Notes under the pieces: generated by a model
What the model was told of the DNA's origin: nothing
The model's database searches: none
What the model saw: only the letters and a program-made list of their open reading frames with translations
Program-made: the position numbers and the translations under genes
IMG/VR virus record: IMGVR_UViG_3300031507_000013
Location: 1 to 44,758 of that record
Reading direction: 5' to 3' (one strand)
Origin: a virus
Length of the DNA stretch: 44,758 nt
In this document: positions 7,399 to 16,603 of the stretch, in pieces
How the letters are laid out: each line of letters opens with the position of its first letter
How positions within the stretch are numbered: the stretch's first letter is position 1

Positions 7399-9000
7399 AT
7401 GGGCCTTTTAGACGCTATTTTTGGTGGCGATAGTGGGGGCAGCCTTCTCGGCGGTCTGCCGCGCGAGTGGCAGTATCAAAATCCGCCATCGCAAGGGTTC
7501 GGCCCCATCTTTGCTGGCCAGCCCGATCAAAAACCACTGAATCCTATTGAACAGCAGATGATGAGTTTGCTATCTCGTCCGGGATATCAGCCCGGCTTGC
7601 CGGCTCCTATTCAAGGCGCACCGACGGGAGCTCCTGCGCAACAGCCTATGCCTGCTCAGCCGGCCGCCTCTCCGATCGCCGTTGGTGGCTATCAGATGCC
7701 GCGCGTTGGCAATCCTGACCTCTACCAGCCGCAACAGGTTGACACCCCGCCACAGGCCCAGCCGACGCAGGGAACGTCGTCAGCGCCTCCTGCCGTCCAA
7801 GCCGCCTTCATGCAGCCTCCAACCCAAAGCGGATTTGGAGGCGCTATGCGCGGCGCGCTGGCCAATATGCAGGGGGGACCGCTTGGGTTGCTGACGGGTG
7901 CGATTGCCGGTGGTCTTGGTATGGGTCAAGGCAATGAACTCGATATCGCACGCCAAAATCAACAGGCGCAGTATCAAGCCTTCATCGGCGCCGGTATGAC
8001 GCCTCAGAACGCCATGCTCGCCGTGCTCAACCCCGAGGCTGGAAAAACGCTGATCAATGAGGCGCTGACGAACAAGGAGAAATACCAGAAAATCGGCGTC
8101 GATGCTTTCGGAAACGAGAATTACGGCTTCGTCAACGAGCGCGACCAGACTATCAATGGCCGACCCATCGGGCAGGGCGAAGCCGGCGCATCACCAATGA
8201 GTGGTGGCTTCCTCGCTCCCGGCGTCAAGTCGATCGATAGCAGCCTGACCGGAAAGGACTATCTCGGCCAGTTTTCCCCGGAAATTCAGGCCGCCGTGCA
8301 GAATTATGTCGATGGCAAATCAACGCCGACCGGCAACCCGCGCAAGGGCTTCACGCAAACCGTGAAGATGGTCGCGCAGAAGTATGGCGCCGATATTGGC
8401 CAGTCGGTGGATGATGCTTCCTTCGCCGCTCGTAAGACCATGCGCAATCAGCTCAGCTCGAGCGCTCCGGCTTCTCTCGGCGGACAGATCAACATCGGCA
8501 ATACGGCGGCAGGTCATCTCGCAGACCTTAGCCAGAAGGCGCTTGATCTTGGCAACTGGGATACCGGGATTGCGCCGCTCACCTCCATCGTCAACGCGGC
8601 CCGCGGGCTCGGCACCGAACAGGCCGCAAAAATGGAGGCCCTGAAGGGTGCAGCGCAGCATTACGGGCAGGAAATCACCAAGTTCTATGCCGGCTCGCCG
8701 GGTGGCACGGCGGAACGCGATCGCTTCATCGAATCGGTGAACGGAGCTCGAAGCCCGAAGGAACTCGCGGCTATCCTGGCGACAGAAGGCGAACTAATGC
8801 GTTCACGACTGGACGCGCTGGGTGGCCAGATCAGCGGCGTCCTCGGCGAGGAAGAGGCGAAGCAATATCCAGTGCTGCGCCCTGATGGACAAGCCGCATT
8901 GGCTAAGGTCGAGCAGAACGTTTCGCGCTTGAAGGGAAATGCGCCTACAGAAGCCGCGCCTTCCGCGCTTCCATCCGGTTGGTCAGTGAAGGTCCGCTGA
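7399..9000 (+). CDS. putative internal virion / ejection protein (533 aa)
   Basis: Good RBS (gaggggaaaATG). Pro/Gln-rich N-terminus. The call rests on position in the ejection module. Confidence 0.55.
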   Translation: MGLLDAIFGGDSGGSLLGGLPREWQYQNPPSQGFGPIFAGQPDQKPLNPIEQQMMSLLSRPGYQPGLPAPIQGAPTGAPAQQPMPAQPAASPIAVGGYQMPRVGNPDLYQPQQVDTPPQAQPTQGTSSAPPAVQAAFMQPPTQSGFGGAMRGALANMQGGPLGLLTGAIAGGLGMGQGNELDIARQNQQAQYQAFIGAGMTPQNAMLAVLNPEAGKTLINEALTNKEKYQKIGVDAFGNENYGFVNERDQTINGRPIGQGEAGASPMSGGFLAPGVKSIDSSLTGKDYLGQFSPEIQAAVQNYVDGKSTPTGNPRKGFTQTVKMVAQKYGADIGQSVDDASFAARKTMRNQLSSSAPASLGGQINIGNTAAGHLADLSQKALDLGNWDTGIAPLTSIVNAARGLGTEQAAKMEALKGAAQHYGQEITKFYAGSPGGTAERDRFIESVNGARSPKELAAILATEGELMRSRLDALGGQISGVLGEEEAKQYPVLRPDGQAALAKVEQNVSRLKGNAPTEAAPSALPSGWSVKVR

Positions 9001-11048
9001 TGCCAACCTTTGATCTGACCTCGCCGGACGGGAAAACTTACTCGATCGAAGGGCCAGACGGTGCGACTCCCGCGCAGGCGTTCCAGATCTTGCAGCAGCA
9101 TCTTCAGGCCGCGCCGCCGCCCGACAAATACCAGCAGGCCGCGCTAGACGAGCAGGCCCAGATCAAAGCGGCTGGAGGTGACACTGGTGCGGGTTATACG
9201 CGCCGGCTCGCTCATGGCGTGACCCTTGGGGCTGATACGACACTCCTTGCCGGCCTCGAAACCCCGCTGGAGATGATCCGACAAGGCACATTCAGCCCGG
9301 CCGAAGGCTACAATTACGCCAAAGCCCGCGAAGATCTGATCATGAACAAGGCGCGCGAGAACACCGGCGCACTCGGGACTGCGGCGGAAGTGCTCGGAGG
9401 AGGTGTGAGCGGCGCTGGGTTGGCGGCTGGCGGTCTGACGGCTGGGCGGCTTCTGGCGCCAGGCGCGAATGTCATCAAGCGGGCGCTGGCTGGCGCTGCC
9501 GATTCCGGTGCGCTCGGGGGATTCTCCGGGGCCATGGAAGGTAATGGCTTGGCCGAGCGGGTACAGAATGCCCTCAAGGGCGCTGGAACAGGCGCGCTTG
9601 TGGGCGGGGCTCTCCCGCTCGCCGGCGCGGCGATTAGCGCCGCAGCCTCACCTGTGATTTCCAACATCCGGGCCAGAATCAACCCCACAGGCTATGCTCA
9701 ATCCCAGATCGCTCGAGCTATCAGCGAAAGCGGGCAAACCCCGGCCGCGCTGGATGCCGCTGTCCAGCAGGCAGGTCGTGAAGGCCAAGGCGTCTTCAAT
9801 GTCGCCGATGCAATGGGCAATGCCGGGCAGGAGATGCTAGGGGCTGCCGCTAGAGGGGCAGGCGCTGGCCGTACGGCGGTTATCAATGCGCTGGAAGGTC
9901 GGCAGGGTACGCAAGGGCGCCGGATTTCGAATGCGCTTGCTGAGGGCTTCAACGCGCCTGAAACGGCCGCTCAAACTGAGGCACGAATGACGACGGCGCG
10001 CGGGACTGCGGCAGACGCGGACTTTGGTGCGGTGCGTGGCGGTTCGGCTCCGGTCAATCTTGTCGGCCCGATCAACCATCTTGACAACATTATCGGGACG
10101 CGGCCAGGCCAAGTCCTGACGCCGGCAAACGATAGTATCGAAGCGGCCTTGACTCCCTTCCGGCAACGCTTGGCGCGGGTCAACCCAGACGATTTCGAGG
10201 CAGTGCAGCGCATACGCGGCGATATGGCGGATGCGGCGCAAAGCGCAAGACAAGGCGGCCAAGGCAACCGGGCGCGGCTGATCGGCGGCGCGGTGCGTCA
10301 GCTTGATGCCGCCATGGAGGCGGCCAGTCCAGGCTATCGACAAGCCAATGCGAACTTCGCGCAGGCATCCCGCAATATCGAGGCAGTGCAAGCCGGACGG
10401 CAGGCGGCAACGCGCGGCCGTACTGAAGACACGATTCCTGCTTTCCAAGCGCTCCAGCCGCAAGGTCAGCAGGCTTTCCGATCCGGCTATGTCGACTCGC
10501 TAATAGCGCAGACCCAAGGCGCGGCTTTTGGCGTCAACAAAGCGCGACCTTTGTTGAACGATGCATTCCAGGCTGAAGCGCAGGCCATGTCCCCAAGAGG
10601 ACAGCTTGTAAATGGCCGCGTTGTCCCTGGAATGAATGTGCAACCAGCATTTCCGCTGATGCAACGCCGGATCGGCCGCGAACAGACCATGTTCGAAACG
10701 CGGAATACGGCGTTGGGAGGGTCACCAACGGCGAAAAACCTCGCGCATGATACTGCGATGGGTGTCAGCCCGCACCTGATCGGACAAGTCCTCACTGGAA
10801 ACGTTCATGGCGCGATCAGGAGCGCGCTTGCCGCAGGCCACAATCTGATGACCGGGAATACCCCACAGGTCCGCGAACAGATCGCCAATGTGCTCTTGCG
10901 CAACGGCTCGAATATGGCCCCGGGCCAACTTCGCGACATGGTGCAGAACACTGTCGCGCGTATCCAGTTCGTGCAGAACATCGCTCGCAATCTCGGACGG
11001 GGTGCCGCTGGCGGCCTCGCGATCGAGGGCGCCCAGCGCCGTCAATGA
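9000..11048 (+). CDS. putative internal virion / ejection protein (682 aa)
   Basis: ATG at 9000 overlaps the upstream TGA. Ala/Gly-rich large protein directly upstream of the transglycosylase. Confidence 0.55.
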   Translation: MPTFDLTSPDGKTYSIEGPDGATPAQAFQILQQHLQAAPPPDKYQQAALDEQAQIKAAGGDTGAGYTRRLAHGVTLGADTTLLAGLETPLEMIRQGTFSPAEGYNYAKAREDLIMNKARENTGALGTAAEVLGGGVSGAGLAAGGLTAGRLLAPGANVIKRALAGAADSGALGGFSGAMEGNGLAERVQNALKGAGTGALVGGALPLAGAAISAAASPVISNIRARINPTGYAQSQIARAISESGQTPAALDAAVQQAGREGQGVFNVADAMGNAGQEMLGAAARGAGAGRTAVINALEGRQGTQGRRISNALAEGFNAPETAAQTEARMTTARGTAADADFGAVRGGSAPVNLVGPINHLDNIIGTRPGQVLTPANDSIEAALTPFRQRLARVNPDDFEAVQRIRGDMADAAQSARQGGQGNRARLIGGAVRQLDAAMEAASPGYRQANANFAQASRNIEAVQAGRQAATRGRTEDTIPAFQALQPQGQQAFRSGYVDSLIAQTQGAAFGVNKARPLLNDAFQAEAQAMSPRGQLVNGRVVPGMNVQPAFPLMQRRIGREQTMFETRNTALGGSPTAKNLAHDTAMGVSPHLIGQVLTGNVHGAIRSALAAGHNLMTGNTPQVREQIANVLLRNGSNMAPGQLRDMVQNTVARIQFVQNIARNLGRGAAGGLAIEGAQRRQ

Positions 11049-11186
11049 TGCATCCAATGAATCGCGGCGAAGGTCACAAGCCAGCCAACCGCATAGGCCA
11101 GCGCGCCGGGCAAATCGCTGCCGAATATCGGTTCGCGCGGCTTTTTGCGTTCGGACGTCCATTCCTTCGGAGGTAGATCGATATCC

Positions 11187-11879
11187 ATGGGCTTGATTGA
11201 CTCCATCATCGGTGCCGAAAGCGGCGGCAATCCGAATGCCACCAATCCAAATTCATCCGCTGCCGGTCCCGGACAATTTATCGACAGCACGTGGCTCTCG
11301 ACTATCCGCAGCATTCGCCCTGATCTGGCCGACCAGCCCGATTCCGCAATCCTCGCCCTGAAGACCGATCCGCAACTCGCCCGACAGGCCACTGAAGCCT
11401 ATGCTCAGCAGAATCAGGCCGTTCTGTCAAAGGCTGGTCTACCCGTCACAGACGGAAACACTTATCTGGCCCATTTCGCAGGCCCGCAAGGCGCGGTAAA
11501 GATCCTGCAAGCCGATCCGGGCGCGTCGGCCGGCGATATCCTCGGGCCCGGTGTGGTCAAGGCCAATCCGTTCCTCGCGAATATGACGGCGGCCGATCTG
11601 CAGGCATGGGCAGCGCGGCGGGTTGGTGGACAGCCATCTCAAGCTACGCCTCAGCAGGCCGCGCTGGTCGCTCCGCAGCCGTCAGCCCCGATCTTTGCCC
11701 AACCGCAACAGAGCGCACCCCAGCAGGCTCCGCAGCAGCAGGCAGCCGCACCTGATGCTCCCGCCTACATGCCGCCGTCGATGCCACAGATGCAGCCTAT
11801 CTTCGCGCAGCCTCGCCGGCCGGTCGATCTCTCTAAACTCCGCGCGGCATTCCAGCCGCCGCAATTCTACAGAGGATAG
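11187..11879 (+). CDS. virion-associated lytic transglycosylase (SLT-like) with Pro/Gln-rich C-terminus (230 aa)
   Basis: The catalytic-region motif IIGAESGGNPNATNPNSSAAGPGQFIDSTW matches SLT/GEWL-type transglycosylases. GGAGG RBS upstream of the ATG at 11187. Confidence 0.75.
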   Translation: MGLIDSIIGAESGGNPNATNPNSSAAGPGQFIDSTWLSTIRSIRPDLADQPDSAILALKTDPQLARQATEAYAQQNQAVLSKAGLPVTDGNTYLAHFAGPQGAVKILQADPGASAGDILGPGVVKANPFLANMTAADLQAWAARRVGGQPSQATPQQAALVAPQPSAPIFAQPQQSAPQQAPQQQAAAPDAPAYMPPSMPQMQPIFAQPRRPVDLSKLRAAFQPPQFYRG

Positions 11880-11882
11880 CCG

Positions 11883-12383
11883 ATGAACTTGACGCAAGAT
11901 CGACTGAAAGAACTGCTCTCCTATAACCCCCTCACGGGGGTTTTTCTTTGGCTGGAGGGTCGCGGCGGCAAGAAAGCCGGCGATGTCGCAGGGTGCCGAA
12001 AGCGAATATATACGTTCATCTCGGTCGATGATCGCGTTTATCGCGCTCACCTTCTTGCATGGTTCTACATGACGGGCGAGTGGCCCGATCCCTTCGTCGA
12101 TCATCGCGACCTCGACAAGCATAACAACGCTTGGGTCAATCTGAGGCTTGCAACGAAATCGCAGAACCAAGCGAACATCGGCCTCATCAAATCCAACAAG
12201 TCCGGCCTTAAAGGCGTCTCGCGATATCGCGCGGGTGAGAGTTACGGCAAGCCGTGGCAGGCCTGCATAACAAAAGATGGAAAGAGCATGAATCTAGGGC
12301 ACTTCGCCACAAAGGAAGATGCTCACGCGGCTTATGTCGCCACTGCTGAAAGATTATTCGGCGAATTTGCGAGGGCTGCATAA
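11883..12383 (+). CDS. HNH homing endonuclease with AP2-type domain, paralog of 1062..1628 (166 aa)
   Basis: VDHRDLDKHNNAWVNLRLATKSQNQAN followed by GLKGVSRY...GKPWQACITKDGKSMNLGHFATKEDAHAAY. The first about 22 codons are nucleotide-identical to the other copy. Confidence 0.8.
   Translation: MNLTQDRLKELLSYNPLTGVFLWLEGRGGKKAGDVAGCRKRIYTFISVDDRVYRAHLLAWFYMTGEWPDPFVDHRDLDKHNNAWVNLRLATKSQNQANIGLIKSNKSGLKGVSRYRAGESYGKPWQACITKDGKSMNLGHFATKEDAHAAYVATAERLFGEFARAA
11889..11953 (+). repeat. 65-nt segment identical to 1068..1132
   Basis: Exact nucleotide identity. The hairpin AACCCCC-tcac-GGGGGTT plus T-run lies at 11925..11949. Confidence 0.9.
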
Positions 12384-13381
12384 TGGCTTTTTGGTCTTGG
12401 AGTCGAACGGCAGCGACGAATGCCACAGCGGACAGCACGATCAACTACAGCGAAGGGCAGGCACCGTCCACTATCAATGACAGCGCCCGCGCCATGATGG
12501 CCAGGCTTTCCGAATATCGCGACGACATCGCCGGCGCCATTGTTACGGGTGGCAGCTCGACGGCCTACACGGTCACTAGCTTTCAGGTGTTCGATACTCT
12601 GGCTCACATGAGCGGGCAGGTGATTGCATTCACTCCGCACGCAACAAACACGAATGCGGTAGCGGTCGACATTACGCTGAATGTTGATGGTCTCGGCGCA
12701 AAATCAATCCGGGCGGCGCCGAATGTAGCGCTGCCGAACGGGACGCTCATTCTCGGTACCCCGTATATCGTGGTCTACAACAATTCAGACGCAGTATTTT
12801 ATCTGCGAGGAATGAGCAATCCTTATTCGATTCCGCTTGCTGGAGGTATCGATTTCTGGGGTACGACGGCACCGAATTCATCATTCGCGTTTCCGATCGG
12901 GCAGGCGCTTTCGCGCACGACTTATGCGACGTTGTTCTCGATTATGAGCACTACCTATGGCGCAGGAGACGGATCTACCACGTTCAACCTTCCTGACAAA
13001 ACTGGCCGTGTTTCGGCGATGAAAGAGGCCAGTGCCACGCGGCTGACCTCAACATATTTCGTCGGCAATTCGACAACGCTTGGCGCAACCGGAGGATTAG
13101 AAAGCAACACGCTGGTCACAGCCAATCTTCCACCCTACACCCCAGCGGGATCAGTAACAGTTACTCCAAGTTTCGGAGCCAATGGAACGCCTCTGGGTGT
13201 GTTCAGTGGTGGCGGATCAAATGGGTTTGCTGCTGGTGCAAATCAAAGTGCAAATTTCTTTGGTGGCGCAGGCGTATCTCTTCCTGCATCATTCACGGGT
13301 ACTGCACAGGGAGGAATCAGTACGCCAGCCAAAATCGTGCAGCCAACCATCATATGCAACTACATCCTGCGGATCATCTAG
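12383..13381 (+). CDS. tail fibre protein with phage tail-collar domain (332 aa)
   Basis: The C-terminal part FPIGQALSRTTYATLFSIMSTTYGAGDGSTTFNLPDKTGR matches the tail-collar (Collar) motif. TAATG overlap with the HNH gene. Confidence 0.75.
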   Translation: MAFWSWSRTAATNATADSTINYSEGQAPSTINDSARAMMARLSEYRDDIAGAIVTGGSSTAYTVTSFQVFDTLAHMSGQVIAFTPHATNTNAVAVDITLNVDGLGAKSIRAAPNVALPNGTLILGTPYIVVYNNSDAVFYLRGMSNPYSIPLAGGIDFWGTTAPNSSFAFPIGQALSRTTYATLFSIMSTTYGAGDGSTTFNLPDKTGRVSAMKEASATRLTSTYFVGNSTTLGATGGLESNTLVTANLPPYTPAGSVTVTPSFGANGTPLGVFSGGGSNGFAAGANQSANFFGGAGVSLPASFTGTAQGGISTPAKIVQPTIICNYILRII

Positions 13382-13551
13382 AGGCCCATATTTGTAAGCG
13401 GCAGTAGAATCGCTAATGTGGCAATGATGGTCAGCCACGCCAATGCACCGAGAATGATTTTCGTTTTCATCGCGCCAAAGTAGCAAACCAAACCCGGACA
13501 ATCAATGACCGATCTTAACGCGCTCAAGTCCGCGAATGCGGGACCGCGCCC

Positions 13552-14166
13552 ATGAAAACATCACCAAACGGGCGGTTGTTCATCGAGGCGTTCGAAGGCA
13601 AATTTCTCCACACCTATGACGACGGTACGGGGGTTCTGACGATCGGATATGGCCATACATCGGCGGCTGGCCCTCCTGCCGTATTCCGTGGACAGACGAT
13701 CACCGACGCGCAATGCGATGCCATCTTGGCCACCGATCTCGCCGCAGTCGAGCGTAATGTCGAGCGCTGCATCAAGGCACCGATAGTGCAAGCGCAATTC
13801 GATGCGTTGGTATCGTTCGATTTCAATACAGGTTCGTTGGCTAAATCGTCGATAGACGACAAGATCAATTCCGGTAACCCTGGTGCTGCAATGGTGACTT
13901 TGCTGCAATACGATCATGCTGCCGGCCAGCAAATGGCTGGTCTCACACGACGGAGACGAGCAGAAATACTCATGTTTAATGGCGATATTTCCGGCGCCCT
14001 TAAGCTTGCCGGCGCTCATGCCATGACCGGAACGAAGATGCCGCAGGCTCCAACAACATCTGCACCGATAGATAAGCCTGCACCGCCATCGATCTCCCAT
14101 CCCGCGCCTGGCAGTATCGGCGCTTTCATCGCGTCAATCTTCAATGCCATCTTCCGAAGGAAATAG
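13552..14166 (+). CDS. endolysin, T4/lambda-type lysozyme (GH24) with Pro-rich linker and cationic amphipathic C-terminal helix (204 aa)
   Basis: LFIEAFEGKFLHTYDDGTGVLTIGYGHT carries the E...D...T catalytic arrangement of GH24 lysozymes. The C-terminus reads PAPPSISHPAPGSIGAFIASIFNAIFRRK. Confidence 0.85.
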   Translation: MKTSPNGRLFIEAFEGKFLHTYDDGTGVLTIGYGHTSAAGPPAVFRGQTITDAQCDAILATDLAAVERNVERCIKAPIVQAQFDALVSFDFNTGSLAKSSIDDKINSGNPGAAMVTLLQYDHAAGQQMAGLTRRRRAEILMFNGDISGALKLAGAHAMTGTKMPQAPTTSAPIDKPAPPSISHPAPGSIGAFIASIFNAIFRRK

Positions 14167-14167
14167 C

Positions 14168-14527
14168 ATGTTCTCCCTGATCTTCATTATTCCCGGTCTG
14201 ATCGCTGCCTATTTCATGCTTCTGCGGCCGTTCCTCGAAAAGCTTCCCGCATTCCAGAAGTTCTACATTGAGGCAGATGGCTTCTGGGCCAAGGTCTGGG
14301 CGGTCTGCGGCAAGTCCCTGACTCTTTCATGGTCGTATATCCTGATGGGCGCAGGCGCATTGCTCAATCAGCTTGATAGCATCGCGGCCACAATGGGAGA
14401 CCCGAATTTCAAGGCGCAAGTTGCAGACTTCCTCCATTCTGACCCGAAATATCTCGGCTACTTCGCGATGCTGGTTTCCGCCGTGACGATTGCGGCGCGT
14501 CTCCGCTCGATTGGGAAGGCTGCCTGA
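14168..14527 (+). CDS. membrane protein of lysis cassette (holin/antiholin candidate, 119 aa)
   Basis: ATG lies 1 nt after the endolysin stop. Hydrophobic segments are LIFIIPGLIAAYFMLL, SYILMGAGALL and YFAMLVSAVTIAA. Confidence 0.55.
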   Translation: MFSLIFIIPGLIAAYFMLLRPFLEKLPAFQKFYIEADGFWAKVWAVCGKSLTLSWSYILMGAGALLNQLDSIAATMGDPNFKAQVADFLHSDPKYLGYFAMLVSAVTIAARLRSIGKAA

Positions 14528-14528
14528 G

Positions 14529-14957
14529 ATGCTTGAATGGATCGCCGCAAAACTGCTTGCCACTCCGGTCATTGGCGCCATTCTTAATCCGATCATATCG
14601 GGGCTGCTCACCGCGCAGAAACAGCATTTGGATGCCGTTGGCAGTCATGAGGCTGTAGCCGCCGATCTGGCAAAGCGTGCGTTTGATCTCGATCAGCGCG
14701 AGGCTGAGGTCAACGCCAGCATGGTCATAGCAGAGCAGGGCAATTGGATAACCCGATCAGTGCGTCCGATGTTCGCGGCACCGTTCATCGTCTTCCTCTG
14801 GAAGGTTGTAGTTTGGGACAAGGTGCTTGGACTCGGCACGACTGATCCGCTCGACCCGAAAATGTGGGGCGTTTTTATGCTCGTCGTCGGGGCCTATATG
14901 GGCGGTCGCACGGCTGAACGTGTCGCTGACAAGATCGCTGGGGTATTCAAGAAGTGA
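14529..14957 (+). CDS. 3-TM holin candidate (GTA-type holin-like, 142 aa)
   Basis: ATG at 14529 follows the upstream TGA. TM segments are LLATPVIGAILNPIISGLL, FAAPFIVFLWKVVVW and WGVFMLVVGAYMGG. It resembles the 'holin of 3TMs for gene-transfer release' family from memory. Confidence 0.55.
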   Translation: MLEWIAAKLLATPVIGAILNPIISGLLTAQKQHLDAVGSHEAVAADLAKRAFDLDQREAEVNASMVIAEQGNWITRSVRPMFAAPFIVFLWKVVVWDKVLGLGTTDPLDPKMWGVFMLVVGAYMGGRTAERVADKIAGVFKK

Positions 14958-15130
14958 GCTGCGCTGTCTTCCTCGCCATGCTGTTTCCTGGCATTGACAT
15001 TGCAAACCTCGATCGAACCCGCATCTATGAGGTACCGGGTCCTATTGTTGCATCCACGCCAGTTTCAAAGGTCTGGCTCGCGAAAGCCTGTGCGATCAAA
15101 TATGGGATTCACTGGCGAGTGGTGAAATGA
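14954..15130 (+). CDS. small ORF (58 aa), function unknown
   Basis: GTG overlaps the holin stop (GTGA), and its stop overlaps the next ATG (ATGA). No lipobox, so it is not an obvious o-spanin. Confidence 0.3.
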   Translation: MSCAVFLAMLFPGIDIANLDRTRIYEVPGPIVASTPVSKVWLAKACAIKYGIHWRVVK

Positions 15131-15276
15131 CCCCGGAATGGGTTACGGCAATTTGTGCTATAACTTCAGTAGCGTTTGGCATCCCTGCGGCTTGCATTCA
15201 CATTTATCGAATTTGTCAGATCGAGAAAAACACTAGAAATTTGAAGCGACCCAACCCAACCGGTCGAAACGGTTAG
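15127..15276 (+). CDS. small single-TM protein (49 aa)
   Basis: ATGA overlap with the previous ORF. TM segment WVTAICAITSVAFGIPAACIHIY followed by a basic tail. Confidence 0.35.
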   Translation: MTPEWVTAICAITSVAFGIPAACIHIYRICQIEKNTRNLKRPNPTGRNG

Positions 15277-15351
15277 GTCAGGTCTGGCCACCACAGAGCT
15301 TAGGACTCCGAAGATGGTTGAAACCATTCTATTTTCGTTTGAGTTAATATT

Positions 15352-15846
15352 TTGACTACGTTCATCACGCTTCGGTTTGTGGAACAGCAAAAAGGCGTGT
15401 TTACGAAGCTGATCGGCGTTGCCCAATACGGCTCCGAGCTTTCGCATGTCGAGGCGGAGACCGAAGATGGAACCTACATTGGTGCGCATCTCCTCGGTGG
15501 CGTGCAAGAGCTCAAGCCCGGCTATGATGCCGGCTTCAGGCGAGAGTTATTTGTCCGTCTGAAGGCCACTCCAGAGCAGGCAGACGCATTCATCGCATTC
15601 CTGCGCAGCCATCTCCACGAACCCTACGATCCCATCGCTGTCGTCTACTTTTGGGGGCCGTTCGCCAATCGAAATTGGCATGAACCTGGCGCATGGGAAT
15701 GCACACAGTTCATCGCAACTGGGCTTCTAGCCTGCAAATGGCTCCCCGAGAACAAGGAGGTTCCAGCAGGCCGGCTTACCCCCCGCGACTTGTATTGGCT
15801 CACAAGCACTTTGGAAGCTATGGCCAGCGGTGGGGCGAATGCTTGA
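15352..15846 (+). CDS. putative permuted papain-fold (NlpC/P60 / YiiX-like) peptidase (164 aa)
   Basis: TTG start (there is no in-frame ATG near the 5' end). His-first order SHVEAETEDGTYIGAHLLGG ... YD ... then Cys in AWECTQFIATGL, as in permuted NlpC/P60 amidases. It lies in a low-GC stretch. Confidence 0.45.
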   Translation: MTTFITLRFVEQQKGVFTKLIGVAQYGSELSHVEAETEDGTYIGAHLLGGVQELKPGYDAGFRRELFVRLKATPEQADAFIAFLRSHLHEPYDPIAVVYFWGPFANRNWHEPGAWECTQFIATGLLACKWLPENKEVPAGRLTPRDLYWLTSTLEAMASGGANA

Positions 15847-16135
15847 TGCGGTTTTCGAGCATATTTACCTGTCGTGCATTGCATTCGGATTCGTTGGTGC
15901 GGCTCTGCACCTTGCAAACACAGAGGAAAAGATCTCAGCCAAGTACGCCATACGTTATTTGGTCACTGGCATGACGATGGCGAACCTTCTCGCTCCTCAT
16001 TTGTTTAAGATATTGACCATGTTCCCGCTTGAAGTGATCTCGACGGGAGTTGGCGCAACCGGAAAGCATTGGTTCTCTCTCCTAGAATTGGCTTTCAGAA
16101 AACTGGATCTGCTCGGAAAGACAAAGAATGAATAA
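15839..16135 (+). CDS. 2-3 TM membrane protein, holin-like topology (98 aa)
   Basis: ATG at 15839 overlaps the upstream gene by 8 nt. TM segments are IYLSCIAFGFVGAALHLA and YLVTGMTMANLLAPHLF. Confidence 0.55.
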   Translation: MLDAVFEHIYLSCIAFGFVGAALHLANTEEKISAKYAIRYLVTGMTMANLLAPHLFKILTMFPLEVISTGVGATGKHWFSLLELAFRKLDLLGKTKNE

Positions 16136-16505
16136 CCTACTCCAAGCGTCCATTTGCTTTTACTCGTTCATTGCCATGTCTGGAGCATGCCTCCTGCTTT
16201 ATGTCTTGTATCTGGCTCTGGAAGATCTCCACCTCAACAGAACCGACAAGCCAAGTGTCATCAAGGACCGCAAGCGCGCATTCTTTGCAGATGCGATATT
16301 TATCGCTCTGACGGTTGGATTCCGAGAATATTGGATCATCCATCCAATCGTTGCACTGGTCGCTTCAGGATTCATCGTCGGCGGCGCGTGGATATTAGTC
16401 GTCAATGTCATATCCCTGCGCGATCGAGCTCCGCACCCGCCAAACGATCACGGCTACCAAGCCGCAAGATCAGGATGGTGGAGAAACTATAGGAGACCGT
16501 TTTGA
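16128..16505 (+). CDS. 3-TM membrane protein (125 aa)
   Basis: ATG overlaps the upstream gene's 3' end. TM segments are ICFYSFIAMSGACLLLYVLYLAL, AIFIALTVGF and IVALVASGFIVGGAWILVVNVI. Confidence 0.6.
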   Translation: MNNLLQASICFYSFIAMSGACLLLYVLYLALEDLHLNRTDKPSVIKDRKRAFFADAIFIALTVGFREYWIIHPIVALVASGFIVGGAWILVVNVISLRDRAPHPPNDHGYQAARSGWWRNYRRPF

Positions 16506-16510
16506 AATTG

Positions 16511-16603
16511 ATGTGGCTTGCTGCCGGCGCTGGTCTGGCAATTTGGTTAGTATCGTCAACCGATCTTCCATGGGAAATTATCAATATGGGGGTACGTCCG
16601 TGA
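16511..16603 (+). CDS. micro-ORF, single TM (30 aa)
   Basis: MWLAAGAGLAIWLVSSTDLPWEIINMGVRP. It starts 6 nt after the upstream stop, and its stop overlaps the next GTG (GTGA). Confidence 0.3.
   Translation: MWLAAGAGLAIWLVSSTDLPWEIINMGVRP

Noticed and set aside
9837-10463. 208-aa minus-strand ORF and several other 100-200-aa ORFs antisense to or out of frame with the ejection-protein genes
   Set aside because: They are Arg/Pro/Ala-rich and overlap long coherent plus-strand genes. This is expected background in GC-rich DNA.
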